DNA of 64,000 nt from assembly GCA_963786105.1 (NCBI GenBank), contig CAWAXX010000007.1, positions 10,241 through 74,240 of the forward strand, given 5' to 3'. Of this stretch, positions 7,393 to 17,129 are shown in pieces. How positions within the stretch are numbered: the stretch's first letter is position 1; every line of letters begins with the position of its first letter. The notes under the pieces were generated by a model. That model did no database searches, was not told where the DNA came from, and worked only from the letters and a program-made list of their open reading frames with translations. The position numbers were made by a program, and so were the translations under genes. This DNA is from Vulcanimicrobiota bacterium (GTDB taxonomy: Bacteria; Vulcanimicrobiota; Vulcanimicrobiia; Vulcanimicrobiales; Vulcanimicrobiaceae).

Positions 7393-10300
7393 CGGGCAAG
7401 CGGCTCGAGTTTTTGCAGCTCGGAAAAGATGCGATCCTCGCTGAACGGCAGCGCGGTGAAGCGTACGCCGGTCGCCGCCTTGAGTGCGTTGCCGATGGCC
7501 GGCGCAACCGGGTTGATCGTGTTCTCTGCGATCGATTTTGCACCGAGCGGTCCGATGTTGTCGTAAGTGTCCGCGAAGAAGACTTCGGTTACCGGCGCGT
7601 CCGCGAACGCGGGAATCCGATAGTTCCGTAGGGTCGGGTTGACGACCGCGCCGGCCGCGTTATATACCATCTTCTCCTGCAGCGCCCAGCCGATGCCTTG
7701 CACCACCCCGCCGATCACCTGCCCGCGTACCTGATTCGGATTCATCACGACGCCGGTATCGACCGCTTCGACGTTGTATAAAATGCGAATCTCGCCGGTA
7801 ATGCGATGAACCGCGAGCCGAACGCCGTACGCCATAAACGCTACCGTTCGCGGCGACCCATACGCCTTACGAAAACAAACCAGTTCCTCGCCTTTCCGTT
7901 TTGCTGCGGCATGGAGGTCGGCGAGCGGCACGCGCTGGTCGCCACACACGACCGCCTCGTCATCGAGGCGGCATTCTTTCGTCCCAGTCGTCCGGGCCGC
8001 AAACGCGAGGATCTTCTCTCGCAGTGCAACCGCCGCGTTTTCCACCGCTTTCGTCGGCACCATCATGCCGACGCTGGCGAAGGTCCCGCTATCGTACGGC
8101 GTCTTGTCGGTGTCGGCGTTGAGGAACGAGACGCGCGCCGTCGGGCAGCCCATAATTTGCGCGACGACTTGCTGCTGCGCGGTTACCAGACCGTTCCCGA
8201 TTTCGACCGAACCAACCGTAAAATGATAGCCTCCGTCGGACCGGAGCGCCACTTCGGAGCCAGACCGCTGTTCGGTTGGCGGCACGCAGTCGAGCATCGA
8301 TAACGCAACGCCGCTGCCTTCGAGCCAGTCCTCGCCCTCGGGGTTGGGGAGCCCGCGGCCGCTCGCCAGTGCTTTTTCGACGGCATCGACGCATTGATCC
8401 AAGCCGTAACTGCCCATCGTGAGATCGGAGGCTCCCTCCAAAACCGATTCCATCTTGTCGTCCGGTCCGATCATGTTTTTCCTGCGCATTTCGATCGGAT
8501 CGACGTTCAGGAGCCCGGCGAGTTCGTCGAGCGCGGATTCGACGGCAAACGTCGGCTGGCCGGTGCCGTATCCGCGGAAGCCGCCGCCGCACTGGAGATT
8601 GGTATAGACCGCGTACCCGTCACCCTTTTTGTTCGGACACTTGTAGATCGCCCACGGGCCGGACATGCCGTTCGCGAGCGTCTCGCCTCCGTGATTGCCA
8701 TACGCTCCCGTGTTGGACACGAGGCGAAACTGCATCGCAGTGAGCGTCCCGTCTTTTTTTGCACCAAGCTTAACGTGGATCTTCATTGGATGGCGCGTCG
8801 TCGCGCCGGTGAACTGCTCTTCGCGCGTGAATTCCCACTTGACGGGGCGCCCGGTTTTGATCGTCGCCAGGAGCGGCAGATCTTCGCTCATCATGTCCTG
8901 CTTGCCGCCGAAACCACCGCCGACGCGCTCGGTAAACACGTGCAGGTCGGCCGGCATGATTCCGAAAAGGTAGCAGAGCTTACCTTTAACGATGAACGGT
9001 CCTTGAACGCTGGTACGAACGTGCAGGCGGCCGTCTTCGCCGCGCCACGCAAACGACTGCATCGTTTCGAGGTGGACGTGCTGCTGGCGCGGCGCGTCGT
9101 ACGTGTCCTCGTATATTGCGTCGGCTTCGGCGAAACCATCGAAAACGCTGCCGACCTCGCCGTGAAGCTCGAGGAAGATGTTCTTGTCCGGATGGAGGAT
9201 ATGAGAATCGCCGGCGGCGTCGTGCAGCACCGGAGCGCCGGGTTCCATCGCTTCTTCGGGGTCGAAGACCGCCGGCAGGATCTCGTACTCAACCTTGAGA
9301 CGCCGGCACCCTTCTTCTGCGGCGCCTTCGGTGTCGGCGACGACTGCGGCGATGCGCTGACCGACGAAGCGTGCAACGTTGTCGAGCAAGTAGGTATCGT
9401 CGGGATCGACGCGATTGTCTTCGTGAATCGCCGTCGAGTAGAGGCGACGCGGAACGTCTTCCCAGGTGAACACTTCCACGACGCCCGGCACGCCCATCGC
9501 CTCAGAGCGGTCGATCGACAGGATCTTCGCATGGGCGTGCGGCGATCGCAGCACTTTGAGATGAAGGAGGCCCTCCATCGGTGGAATGTCGCTCGTGTAC
9601 CGTGCGTGCCCGGTGACGATCGCTTCGGCGAACGGATTCGGAACGCTCGCGCCATGGGAACCGCCGGCGACGTCGGCTGCGACGTTCGTGACGCCGGCGA
9701 ACGCGTCGCGAATCGAGCCGTAGCCGGTGCAGCGGCAAAGATTGCCTTTGAGCGCCCGCGGAAGATCGTTCTTCTGCTCGTCGGTTAGCGAGGCTGCGGT
9801 CATGATCATTCCGGCAGCGCAGTACCCGCATTGGAAGCTTTGCGCGTTGAGGAAAGCGCGCTGCATCGGATGGAGCTCCCCATCCTTCGCCAACCCCTCG
9901 ATCGTGGTTATCTCTTTCCCTTCTGCTCGAAACGCCGGGTACAAGCAGCTGTGGACGGGTTTTTCGTCAACCCATACGGTGCACGCGCCGCAATCGCCGC
10001 CGTCGCAGCCCTTCTTGACTCCGTACCAGCCGAGGTCTCTTAGAAAAACGCGCAGGCACTCCCCGGGCGCCGGAGTCGCTGCGAAACTTTTCCCGTTGAC
10101 TCGAAGATTCATGCGCGCCAACTCCCGGCGAATTCGCTCCGCATAGTAGTACGTCAAATGCCGGCGATGAGCCGGCGATCCGTGCACGTCGTCGAGGTAG
10201 AGCGAATCGGGAATGGCGGAGTCGATCGCGTCCCGGAGCTCGCCGGCGGTAGGCGTCGCCTCGAACGGCAACTGCACCGGCTTGACCGTCGCGGCCGTCA

Positions 10301-10931
10301 CGGTCAAAAGAAAACCGCCGCCGGTTGGCTTGTCCCGCGTACCGACGAGTAGTACCGACGAACGTCCGAGATGCGTGAGTTCCGAACGCCGGAATGCGAA
10401 CGACTTCGTCAACGCGCTCGCCGGGATATGAATGCTTCGCAACAACTCACCTCGCTCGAGCACGTTGAGGTGGTTTCCGGTCACGAAGTCGGCGGCGCGA
10501 ATCCGACGCGGTGCTCCAGCACGCGGCCAAAGCGTGTAGGTGGCTTCCAGCGCTACCGTTAACGAGATCATCGGGCCGGCCGGCAGTGACATCACGACGT
10601 TCCCGCCGATCGTCGCTTCGTTCCAAATCTTGAACGACGACAAAAACGCTCGGCAGCATTCGCCAATGAGCGGCCCGGATTTCCATTCTGCGGGTGCTTC
10701 GAACGCGTAGAGCTCGGCAATCTTGCAGGTTGCGGCGATATCCATGCCCTCCGGCCCGCTCGCGATCGCCGGCCAGCCGAAGGCTTCCAAGTCGATCAGC
10801 GTATCGGTGTGGATCTGCGGCTCGGAGAATAGCCACGTTCCGCCGGCAAGCCACGCGTCGCCGTCGCGCCAATGACGAATGGCGTCGGCCGACTTTGGGC
10901 GTTTGATTTCGGTGACGGTGTTGAGGTTCAT
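7383..10931 (-). CDS. Xanthine dehydrogenase-family molybdoenzyme: FAD-binding part (10931-10113) in frame with the 2Fe-2S plus molybdopterin part (from ATG 10112)
   Basis: FAD part: AGGTWL, ATIGGN. 2Fe-2S part: GCDGGDCGAC, QCGYC, NLCRCTGY. Moco part: GGGFGGKQ, GFRGYG, GAKSIAE. The likely start is MNLNTV; the track's longer N-terminus overlaps the divergent gene. Confidence 0.9.
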   Translation of the reverse strand: MNLNTVTEIKRPKSADAIRHWRDGDAWLAGGTWLFSEPQIHTDTLIDLEAFGWPAIASGPEGMDIAATCKIAELYAFEAPAEWKSGPLIGECCRAFLSSFKIWNEATIGGNVVMSLPAGPMISLTVALEATYTLWPRAGAPRRIRAADFVTGNHLNVLERGELLRSIHIPASALTKSFAFRRSELTHLGRSSVLLVGTRDKPTGGGFLLTVTAATVKPVQLPFEATPTAGELRDAIDSAIPDSLYLDDVHGSPAHRRHLTYYYAERIRRELARMNLRVNGKSFAATPAPGECLRVFLRDLGWYGVKKGCDGGDCGACTVWVDEKPVHSCLYPAFRAEGKEITTIEGLAKDGELHPMQRAFLNAQSFQCGYCAAGMIMTAASLTDEQKNDLPRALKGNLCRCTGYGSIRDAFAGVTNVAADVAGGSHGASVPNPFAEAIVTGHARYTSDIPPMEGLLHLKVLRSPHAHAKILSIDRSEAMGVPGVVEVFTWEDVPRRLYSTAIHEDNRVDPDDTYLLDNVARFVGQRIAAVVADTEGAAEEGCRRLKVEYEILPAVFDPEEAMEPGAPVLHDAAGDSHILHPDKNIFLELHGEVGSVFDGFAEADAIYEDTYDAPRQQHVHLETMQSFAWRGEDGRLHVRTSVQGPFIVKGKLCYLFGIMPADLHVFTERVGGGFGGKQDMMSEDLPLLATIKTGRPVKWEFTREEQFTGATTRHPMKIHVKLGAKKDGTLTAMQFRLVSNTGAYGNHGGETLANGMSGPWAIYKCPNKKGDGYAVYTNLQCGGGFRGYGTGQPTFAVESALDELAGLLNVDPIEMRRKNMIGPDDKMESVLEGASDLTMGSYGLDQCVDAVEKALASGRGLPNPEGEDWLEGSGVALSMLDCVPPTEQRSGSEVALRSDGGYHFTVGSVEIGNGLVTAQQQVVAQIMGCPTARVSFLNADTDKTPYDSGTFASVGMMVPTKAVENAAVALREKILAFAARTTGTKECRLDDEAVVCGDQRVPLADLHAAAKRKGEELVCFRKAYGSPRTVAFMAYGVRLAVHRITGEIRILYNVEAVDTGVVMNPNQVRGQVIGGVVQGIGWALQEKMVYNAAGAVVNPTLRNYRIPAFADAPVTEVFFADTYDNIGPLGAKSIAENTINPVAPAIGNALKAATGVRFTALPFSEDRIFSELQKLEPLARSS

Positions 10932-11063
10932 ACTGCGGCGCACGAGCGCGGTTCGAGGGCGAACTCCGGTTTTCCCAGCCTCGGCCGCCGGAAAAGTACC
11001 GCGACTCGCCGGAAGGAGAAGATAGGCGAGCGACGGTAGGCTGCCGGTCTCGGAGGGTGATCC

Positions 11064-13064
11064 GTGTTGAAGACCGTCGGTGGGAGAATCGTCATCCCAC
11101 TTTTGATCGCGGTCGCTTACGTCGTCGCGGCGGAGCTCGGATTCACGCTGGCATTTGCCACTAAACAAGTGACCGCAGTTTGGCCTCCGACCGGCATCGC
11201 GTTAGCCGCATTGCTGATTTGGGGATATCGCGCCTGGCCGGGTATCTGGATCGGGGCGTTTGTTAGTAACGCACTAAGCGCCGAGCCTCTGTGGGCGGCG
11301 GCGACGATCGCGATAGGAAACACGCTCGCCCCGGTTTTCGGAACGTTTCTTCTGCGTCGTGTCGGCGGTTTCGAGAACTCACTCAATCGCGTGCGCGACG
11401 TTCTCTTGCTCGCGCTCTTTGGTTCGGCGATAGCGATGACCGTCTCGGCGACCAACGGCGTCGTCAACTTAGCGCTCGCGCGAATCATTCCGTGGAGCGC
11501 CGTTCCTTCGGTTTGGTGGGTGTGGTGGACGGGCGACGCGATCGGCGTGATATTCGTGACTCCTTTGCTGCTGACGTGGATCGCCAGTGTCAAGCAAAGA
11601 GAGCGCGCCGAGGGCGGCACGCTCGAACTCATCGTTCTCGCCGTCACGCTAGCATTTTCGAGCTGGATATCGTTCTTGAGCACGTTCCCACTGCGCTTTT
11701 CGGTCTATCCGTTCATTATCTGGGCGGCCCTACGTTTCCGGCAGCGGGAAACGACCGCGGCAATCGCACTCATCTGCGGTCTAGCCGTGTGGGCGACATC
11801 GCACGGCACGGGACCGTGGACGTCCGGCCCGCTGGACGCGCGGCTCATCCAACTCGACAGCTGGATGGCGGTTCTCGCGATCACGGGACTCGTGCTCGGG
11901 GCAATTACCGCCGAGAGGCGCGTTGCGCGCGTCGAGCTGCAGGCTCTGTTGGAGCAGACGAAACGCTCAGCGGAAATTCTGCAAGGGGCATTCCTTCCCG
12001 AGAGCCTCCCACAACGTTTTGGTTTGCGGTGCGATGCGCTATACATCGCGGCGGAACGCGAAGCCCTGATCGGCGGCGACTGGTACGACGCATTCGACCT
12101 GCCCGACGGACGAGTCGTTTTCTCGATCGGCGACGTGACCGGTCACGGACTCGATGCCGCCGTCACCGCGGCCCGCCTCAGACGGGGAATTTTTGCCGCG
12201 GCGTTCGACGCCAAAGACCCCGCCGACATCTTGGTCAAGGCCGACCGCTTGCTGCAATCCCAGCAAAACGCGCCGGCGACGGCCTTGGTGGCTATCGTCA
12301 GCCAAGATTTATCCACGATGAGCTACGCCAGCGCCGGTCATCCGCCGCCAATCGTCGCGAGCCCGAATATGCGGCCGCGCATTCTAGCCTACGGCGGCAT
12401 ACCGTTCGGGGTGGGCATGCCGGTTGCAACGCGAACGCACGCGGTCGCCCTCGAGCGCGATTCCGTGGTTTTGTTTTACACCGACGGGCTAACCGAGTTT
12501 AACCGCGACATCGATCGCGCGGAGTCGGCGATTATGCAAGCCGTCGCGCAGCTGGTCGCCAATCCGCGAATCGAACGCCCGGCAACGTTCGTTCAGCGCA
12601 GCGTCATGGGCTCCGAAAGGCCAGCCGACGATACGGTGCTCTTGGTTGCGCGGCTCGGAATCGCGCTTCAAAAGTCTTGGAATTACGATTCGAGAAACTC
12701 GCACGGCGCCCATTCGCTGCGGCGCGAGATCGCGCGGTTCATTCGATCCTTCGACCCGACCGAAGAGGAGCTTTTTCGTGCCGAACTCATCATCGGCGAG
12801 GTGCTCGCGAACACCGTCGAGCACGCGCCGGGAGCCGTTCGCGTCGATATCGACTGGACCGATACCCATCCGATCGTTACCGTCTGCGACGCGGGCCCGG
12901 GACTGTCGCAGCGGGCGGCAACCCTGCCGGCCGATGCGTTAAACGAAAACGGTCGAGGGCTCTTCCTCATCGGATCGTTGGCTTTGGACGTGCAAATCGA
13001 AAGCCAACCCGAGATGGGCACCACCATGAGGATCGTTCTGCCGACGGCCCGGCGGCATTCGTGA
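11064..13064 (+). CDS. MASE1 sensor - PP2C/SpoIIE phosphatase - HATPase (anti-sigma-like) fusion
   Basis: MASE1 (AVWPPTGIALAA, WWTGDAIG); PP2C (GGDWYD, GDVTGHG, YTDGL, DDT); HATPase (EVLANTVEH, DAGPG, GRGLFLI). Confidence 0.88.
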   Translation: MLKTVGGRIVIPLLIAVAYVVAAELGFTLAFATKQVTAVWPPTGIALAALLIWGYRAWPGIWIGAFVSNALSAEPLWAAATIAIGNTLAPVFGTFLLRRVGGFENSLNRVRDVLLLALFGSAIAMTVSATNGVVNLALARIIPWSAVPSVWWVWWTGDAIGVIFVTPLLLTWIASVKQRERAEGGTLELIVLAVTLAFSSWISFLSTFPLRFSVYPFIIWAALRFRQRETTAAIALICGLAVWATSHGTGPWTSGPLDARLIQLDSWMAVLAITGLVLGAITAERRVARVELQALLEQTKRSAEILQGAFLPESLPQRFGLRCDALYIAAEREALIGGDWYDAFDLPDGRVVFSIGDVTGHGLDAAVTAARLRRGIFAAAFDAKDPADILVKADRLLQSQQNAPATALVAIVSQDLSTMSYASAGHPPPIVASPNMRPRILAYGGIPFGVGMPVATRTHAVALERDSVVLFYTDGLTEFNRDIDRAESAIMQAVAQLVANPRIERPATFVQRSVMGSERPADDTVLLVARLGIALQKSWNYDSRNSHGAHSLRREIARFIRSFDPTEEELFRAELIIGEVLANTVEHAPGAVRVDIDWTDTHPIVTVCDAGPGLSQRAATLPADALNENGRGLFLIGSLALDVQIESQPEMGTTMRIVLPTARRHS

Positions 13065-13067
13065 GCG

Positions 13068-13493
13068 CTAGCGGCGGCCGGATGGGGGCGGACAATCGGC
13101 GTCGGCTCGTGCTTTCGCCGCTAGGTAGGTGCCGATCTTGTACACGACCGTGACCGACAAGTCGTAGCCGTTCGATTCGTCGTGGATCGTGTTCGTGCCG
13201 AGTTCGAGAGGGCCGGTGAAGCTTTCACCGCTGTGCATGTTCGCGGTGTTTCCTACGGGCTTGCGGTTGCCGGTCCAACCGTTAAGCACGGCAACGTTGT
13301 ACGCAACGGGGACCGGTGCGCTTGCGAACACGTAGGTGTGGCAAGGTTGTGCGAGATGCACGCCCGGTTTGGGTTCGTTCGGGACGTACCACAACGTCCA
13401 CTTGGTAGGCTCTTGTTTGGCGGCACAGGCTGCGCAAGCAAAGGTCAAGACACCGGCGATGAGAGCCTTCCCGACGAGTCGGCCGAACTTCAT
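13068..13493 (-). CDS. Hypothetical lipoprotein
   Basis: Signal peptide with a Cys lipobox (FACAAC) and normal composition. Confidence 0.65.
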   Translation of the reverse strand: MKFGRLVGKALIAGVLTFACAACAAKQEPTKWTLWYVPNEPKPGVHLAQPCHTYVFASAPVPVAYNVAVLNGWTGNRKPVGNTANMHSGESFTGPLELGTNTIHDESNGYDLSVTVVYKIGTYLAAKARADADCPPPSGRR

Positions 13494-13608
13494 TGAGCCG
13501 GAATCTTACACCCTATGGGAATCAGTCTCCTGGCTATGGCAGCAACAGGAGACGGTCGACTGCGCCGTGTTTGGAGGAATTTTCCGGCACCCCAAAAACC
13601 GCCTGCCC

Positions 13609-14364
13609 GTGCGATCCACTCGATCGTTCGCCGCACTCGGGGTTGCCGTCTGGCTGCTTGCGTCGCCGGCTTTAGGCGCTGCAACGGCGCCCTCGGGCGA
13701 GGACGTGACGAGCGAACTCCGAGAGGCGGTGCGAACGCTCGCAAGCGAACGCCAAGGCACGATGGCGTTTCACCGCCACGTCGATTCGGAACAGCGCGCT
13801 CCCGGCCACGACGCTTCGCTCGACGTGCAGTCAGGCTTGTTGCGCGAGGGCGACCGCATTGTCGCGGTGCGGACATACAGTCAGGTGGCCAATGGAACCG
13901 CTGCGAGCGCGGACGAGCTCGCAAAGGCTCAGGCGGACGCCGATAAAAAACTGCCGAACGACGACTATTGGCTGCCGCTACGCGAAGACCAGGTTCCCGA
14001 CTATCGTTTCGAAACCGGGACGTGCAATCCGTGCGATCCCGGAGAGGTTGCCATTCGTTTCACCAGCCTCAAACGCGACGAGAGCCACGGCAACGGGACG
14101 ATCGTGGTCGACGTCTCATCGCATCACATCGTGCGCATCGATTTCGTCCCCAGCGCGCTTCCCAAGTACGTCGATAAGGCAAGCGTCACGATGACGTTCG
14201 GCCGCGTCTTACCCGATCTGTGGGACGTCGTAGAAATGCACCAACACTATGCCGGGCACGTCCTCTTCGTACGCGGCGGCGCGGACATCGCGACCACGCT
14301 CACCAACTATCGCCGATTCGCGTCGCGCGATGAAGGGCTGAAGGCGCTTGCGTCGGGAATCTGA
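13609..14364 (+). CDS. Hypothetical exported beta-rich protein
   Basis: A probable GTG start at 13609 gives the signal peptide RSTRSFAALGVAVWLLASPALGA; the track start at 13336 overlaps the divergent gene. Confidence 0.65.
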   Translation: MRSTRSFAALGVAVWLLASPALGAATAPSGEDVTSELREAVRTLASERQGTMAFHRHVDSEQRAPGHDASLDVQSGLLREGDRIVAVRTYSQVANGTAASADELAKAQADADKKLPNDDYWLPLREDQVPDYRFETGTCNPCDPGEVAIRFTSLKRDESHGNGTIVVDVSSHHIVRIDFVPSALPKYVDKASVTMTFGRVLPDLWDVVEMHQHYAGHVLFVRGGADIATTLTNYRRFASRDEGLKALASGI

Positions 14365-14609
14365 GCGCGATGCCGCGAGAGGTCGCCGGCGACGTCTCGA
14401 TAGAGCGCGCGGGTTGCTATGGCAAGCAGTTCGGCAATTCGAAAGAGAGCGTCCCCCGAAATCGTGACGCCCTGCCACTTTACGCCCTCGTGACGATGCA
14501 CCAACGTATACGAGTCGTTGCCGACGTCGTAGATGGCGAACTCGTTGGATTCGGCGACGAGGCGAGCGTCATCGAGCTTCGCTCGATCGATACTATCGAC
14601 CAGTTTCAT
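14307..14609 (-). CDS. Hypothetical protein
   Basis: ATG 14609 (MKLVDSIDRAKLDDARLVAES...) gives a globular-looking sequence that fills the gap in a minus-strand gene run. Confidence 0.6.
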   Translation of the reverse strand: MKLVDSIDRAKLDDARLVAESNEFAIYDVGNDSYTLVHRHEGVKWQGVTISGDALFRIAELLAIATRALYRDVAGDLSRHRAQIPDASAFSPSSRDANRR

Positions 14610-14654
14610 GACGCGTGGTTTCGGCAAAAGCGTCCGGCAACCCCACGCCGCTCG

Positions 14655-15182
14655 CTAGTTTGGCGGTGAGGAATCCGGCGACGGCGACGATGGTTGCGCC
14701 TGAATTGGGCCGCCATTCCCGCCCGCGCGATGGACGCCCGGCAGGCTACCGATGCCCGACGCCGCGCGGATAAGGTTCACATCGTGGATGACGGCACTCA
14801 GCAGCGCATTTTCCGACGGGCAGTCCAAGTCGGGCGACGTCCAGCCGTGCCAAGTCGCGCGCGTCGTCGTGCCGAATGAAGCACTCTTCATACACGGAGA
14901 GCCGGTCACGTTTGCGGCCTTGGCGGCCTTGAGATCGGCGAAGAATCGCGCGGTCACGCCTCCTAAAACCGAAAACGGTTGCGCGGGGCCCGGCGCGGCA
15001 CCACGACGGTGCGGCGCGATCGTCGCCGTACCGTCCGACCATATCTCGATTCGATAACCGGCCGTATTCGTCGAGCCGGAGTCTACGATCACCGCACCGT
15101 CGCGCGCCGTCGCTGCGCCGGCGTTCACGACCGGCCAAAGTGCGGCAGCAAAAGCGATTCCGAGCGCGGCGTACCGAAGCAT
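14655..15182 (-). CDS. Hypothetical secreted protein
   Basis: Signal peptide, a Cys pair (PCMKSASFG...LDCP) and a Pro/Ser tail. Confidence 0.7.
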   Translation of the reverse strand: MLRYAALGIAFAAALWPVVNAGAATARDGAVIVDSGSTNTAGYRIEIWSDGTATIAPHRRGAAPGPAQPFSVLGGVTARFFADLKAAKAANVTGSPCMKSASFGTTTRATWHGWTSPDLDCPSENALLSAVIHDVNLIRAASGIGSLPGVHRAGGNGGPIQAQPSSPSPDSSPPN

Positions 15183-15194
15183 TCGAACAACGGC

Positions 15195-16535
15195 CTAAAA
15201 CGCGCCGAGCCCGTTGGGCGTTCCCAAACCGGTAGGCCCGTCGAAGAATTTCTGCGCGTAGCAAATGTAATGTATCGACGAAGCACATTGCCCGCTAACC
15301 GGCGTGTAGATATTGTTGCCGGTCGTCACGTCGAAAAGTTTGAAGCGGTTCCCCCAGATGTGCTGCGGCCCAACGATCTTGGCAGCGTTGCCGGCGCGGC
15401 CGAAGATGCCGGCGATCAGGGGCGCGGAAACGCTCGTCCCACCGTACGCCTGCCAGCCGCTAAAATACACGGCCACCGGCGTCAAGACCGATGCTTCGGC
15501 GGAGACGTCGGCTTCCGAACGCATCTTGCAACTAGGGTCGGTTTGCCAGGTGGGCTTCTTTACGTCGATGCTACAGCCGCTTCCCGCCGCGCCGCATGGG
15601 CCGCTGCATTGCTGCGACGACAACTCGTTCCAAACGCTCTCCGACCAACCGCGCGAGTTGTGGGCGTGCACGAGATGAGTACCGCCGGCGCAAACGACCG
15701 GAGACAACGCGCACGGTTGCTGCGGACCGCCGCAGTCGCCCAGTCCGCCGCCGTTGTCGCCGGAGCTGGCGACGTACACGTGGCCGCTCGCTGAAAATGC
15801 CGGGTCAGAGGTTTCACCTGGACCGCCGCATTGCTGGTATTCGCTGGCACCGTAGGAGTTGCTAACGACGAGCGCGCCCAGCTTAACGGCCTCCTTCACC
15901 GATGCATAGAGATTCGAGCCACTGTTCGAGTTCGCTTGAACCAACAGGATGTGGCACTTCGGACAGGTTGCGGAGACCATATCGAGATCGAGCGCCTGCT
16001 CCTGGTCCCAGCCGGTGTTCGAGGGAGGCGGCTGCGTACCGCCGGTTTGATTGCGAATCGTCAGGCAACCGTTCCCCGTCGTACATGCCGGTAAATGGTA
16101 GTACGACCGATAGGCCGCGAGATCGCCCGACGCTTTAGGATAGCCGTAGGCATCGACGATGGCGACCTTCGTGCCAACGCCCCCTTGAAGCTTGTACGCA
16201 CTTTGAAGATCGGACGGACCGTACCCGAAGTGCGTCGCATTTTCGCTGTCGGGCTCCGCGCGAAGGTCGGTGCGTTCGAGTGCGAAGCACTGCATTTCGC
16301 CGCTTTTCGCCGTCCGCGGGCAAACCTGGCGAACGGCGTTTGGACCGGCTAATGGAATCTCACCGTCGTCGCTCATCAAGGGAACTCGCCCGAGGGCCGA
16401 CTGCAGCGACGCGCCGGATTGCGGCGCGCTGCCCGCGACCTGCGGCACCACACCGCTACCCATGCCTCCGCCGTGACAAGCTGCCAGCGAGGCGATGGCG
16501 AACAAGGCGGTCGCGCGTATGAAGTTATGGCTCAA
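15195..16535 (-). CDS. S53/S8 (sedolisin-like) serine peptidase lipoprotein
   Basis: GGAGG RBS with TTG start; lipobox LAAC; motifs EQALDLD, SNSYG, ASSGDNG and GGTSVSAP. Confidence 0.88.
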   Translation of the reverse strand: MSHNFIRATALFAIASLAACHGGGMGSGVVPQVAGSAPQSGASLQSALGRVPLMSDDGEIPLAGPNAVRQVCPRTAKSGEMQCFALERTDLRAEPDSENATHFGYGPSDLQSAYKLQGGVGTKVAIVDAYGYPKASGDLAAYRSYYHLPACTTGNGCLTIRNQTGGTQPPPSNTGWDQEQALDLDMVSATCPKCHILLVQANSNSGSNLYASVKEAVKLGALVVSNSYGASEYQQCGGPGETSDPAFSASGHVYVASSGDNGGGLGDCGGPQQPCALSPVVCAGGTHLVHAHNSRGWSESVWNELSSQQCSGPCGAAGSGCSIDVKKPTWQTDPSCKMRSEADVSAEASVLTPVAVYFSGWQAYGGTSVSAPLIAGIFGRAGNAAKIVGPQHIWGNRFKLFDVTTGNNIYTPVSGQCASSIHYICYAQKFFDGPTGLGTPNGLGAF

Positions 16536-16592
16536 GGGAACCCTCCAGGTCGTCGAACGGAATCGGCGTGTCTCTCAAATGGTGAACGCACG

Positions 16593-17129
16593 ATGAGGCG
16601 TGTGCGTTCCCGAAATCAGGCTCCCCAGACTTGCCTATCGCCGGCCCAGGCACCTATCCGCTTACGAATCCCAACCGTATGGGCATGCGACCTCGTGGTT
16701 GAGACGGACGGCCAGTCGATCGTTTCGAGCGGGTTCGCGCGGCGACAGACGCAAGCATACTCGAAACCTGTCGACGCGCTGCTTGCTGCCGCGGACGAAC
16801 AGGTGCGGGCATATTTCGCTCGTCGCTTGCGCCGCTTCGACCTTCCGCTCGCTCCGGGCGGCACGCCGTTTCAGCGCGCCGTTTGGGAGCTCGTCGCCGG
16901 TCTCTCATTCGGCGAATTCGTCTCGTACGCCGACGTTGCGCGCGCCATCGGGCGGCCACTGGCTCACCGTGGCGTCGCGGCAGCGATGGGACTCACGCCA
17001 ATCGACCTGTTCGTGCCGGCGCATCGCGTCGTCGGCAGCGACGGCCGCGTCAAGGGGGCTCTGCCCGGATCGATGCGCGCGCGTTTAGTGGCATTCGAAC
17101 GAAATTTGAAAAGCAAACGGAAGTCATAA
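16593..17129 (+). CDS. Alkyltransferase-like (Ogt/MGMT-family) protein lacking the acceptor Cys; start uncertain
   Basis: GTPFQRAVW and SYADVARAIG are present, but the active-site motif reads PAHRVV instead of PCHRV. Confidence 0.8.
   Translation: MRRVRSRNQAPQTCLSPAQAPIRLRIPTVWACDLVVETDGQSIVSSGFARRQTQAYSKPVDALLAAADEQVRAYFARRLRRFDLPLAPGGTPFQRAVWELVAGLSFGEFVSYADVARAIGRPLAHRGVAAAMGLTPIDLFVPAHRVVGSDGRVKGALPGSMRARLVAFERNLKSKRKS

Noticed and set aside
8394..9788. Long antisense or alternative-frame ORFs (this one, 11291-12502, 17713-19239 and many others)
   Set aside because: They are shadow ORFs expected from GC-rich codon bias, Arg-rich or mirroring well-supported genes, with no motifs of their own.
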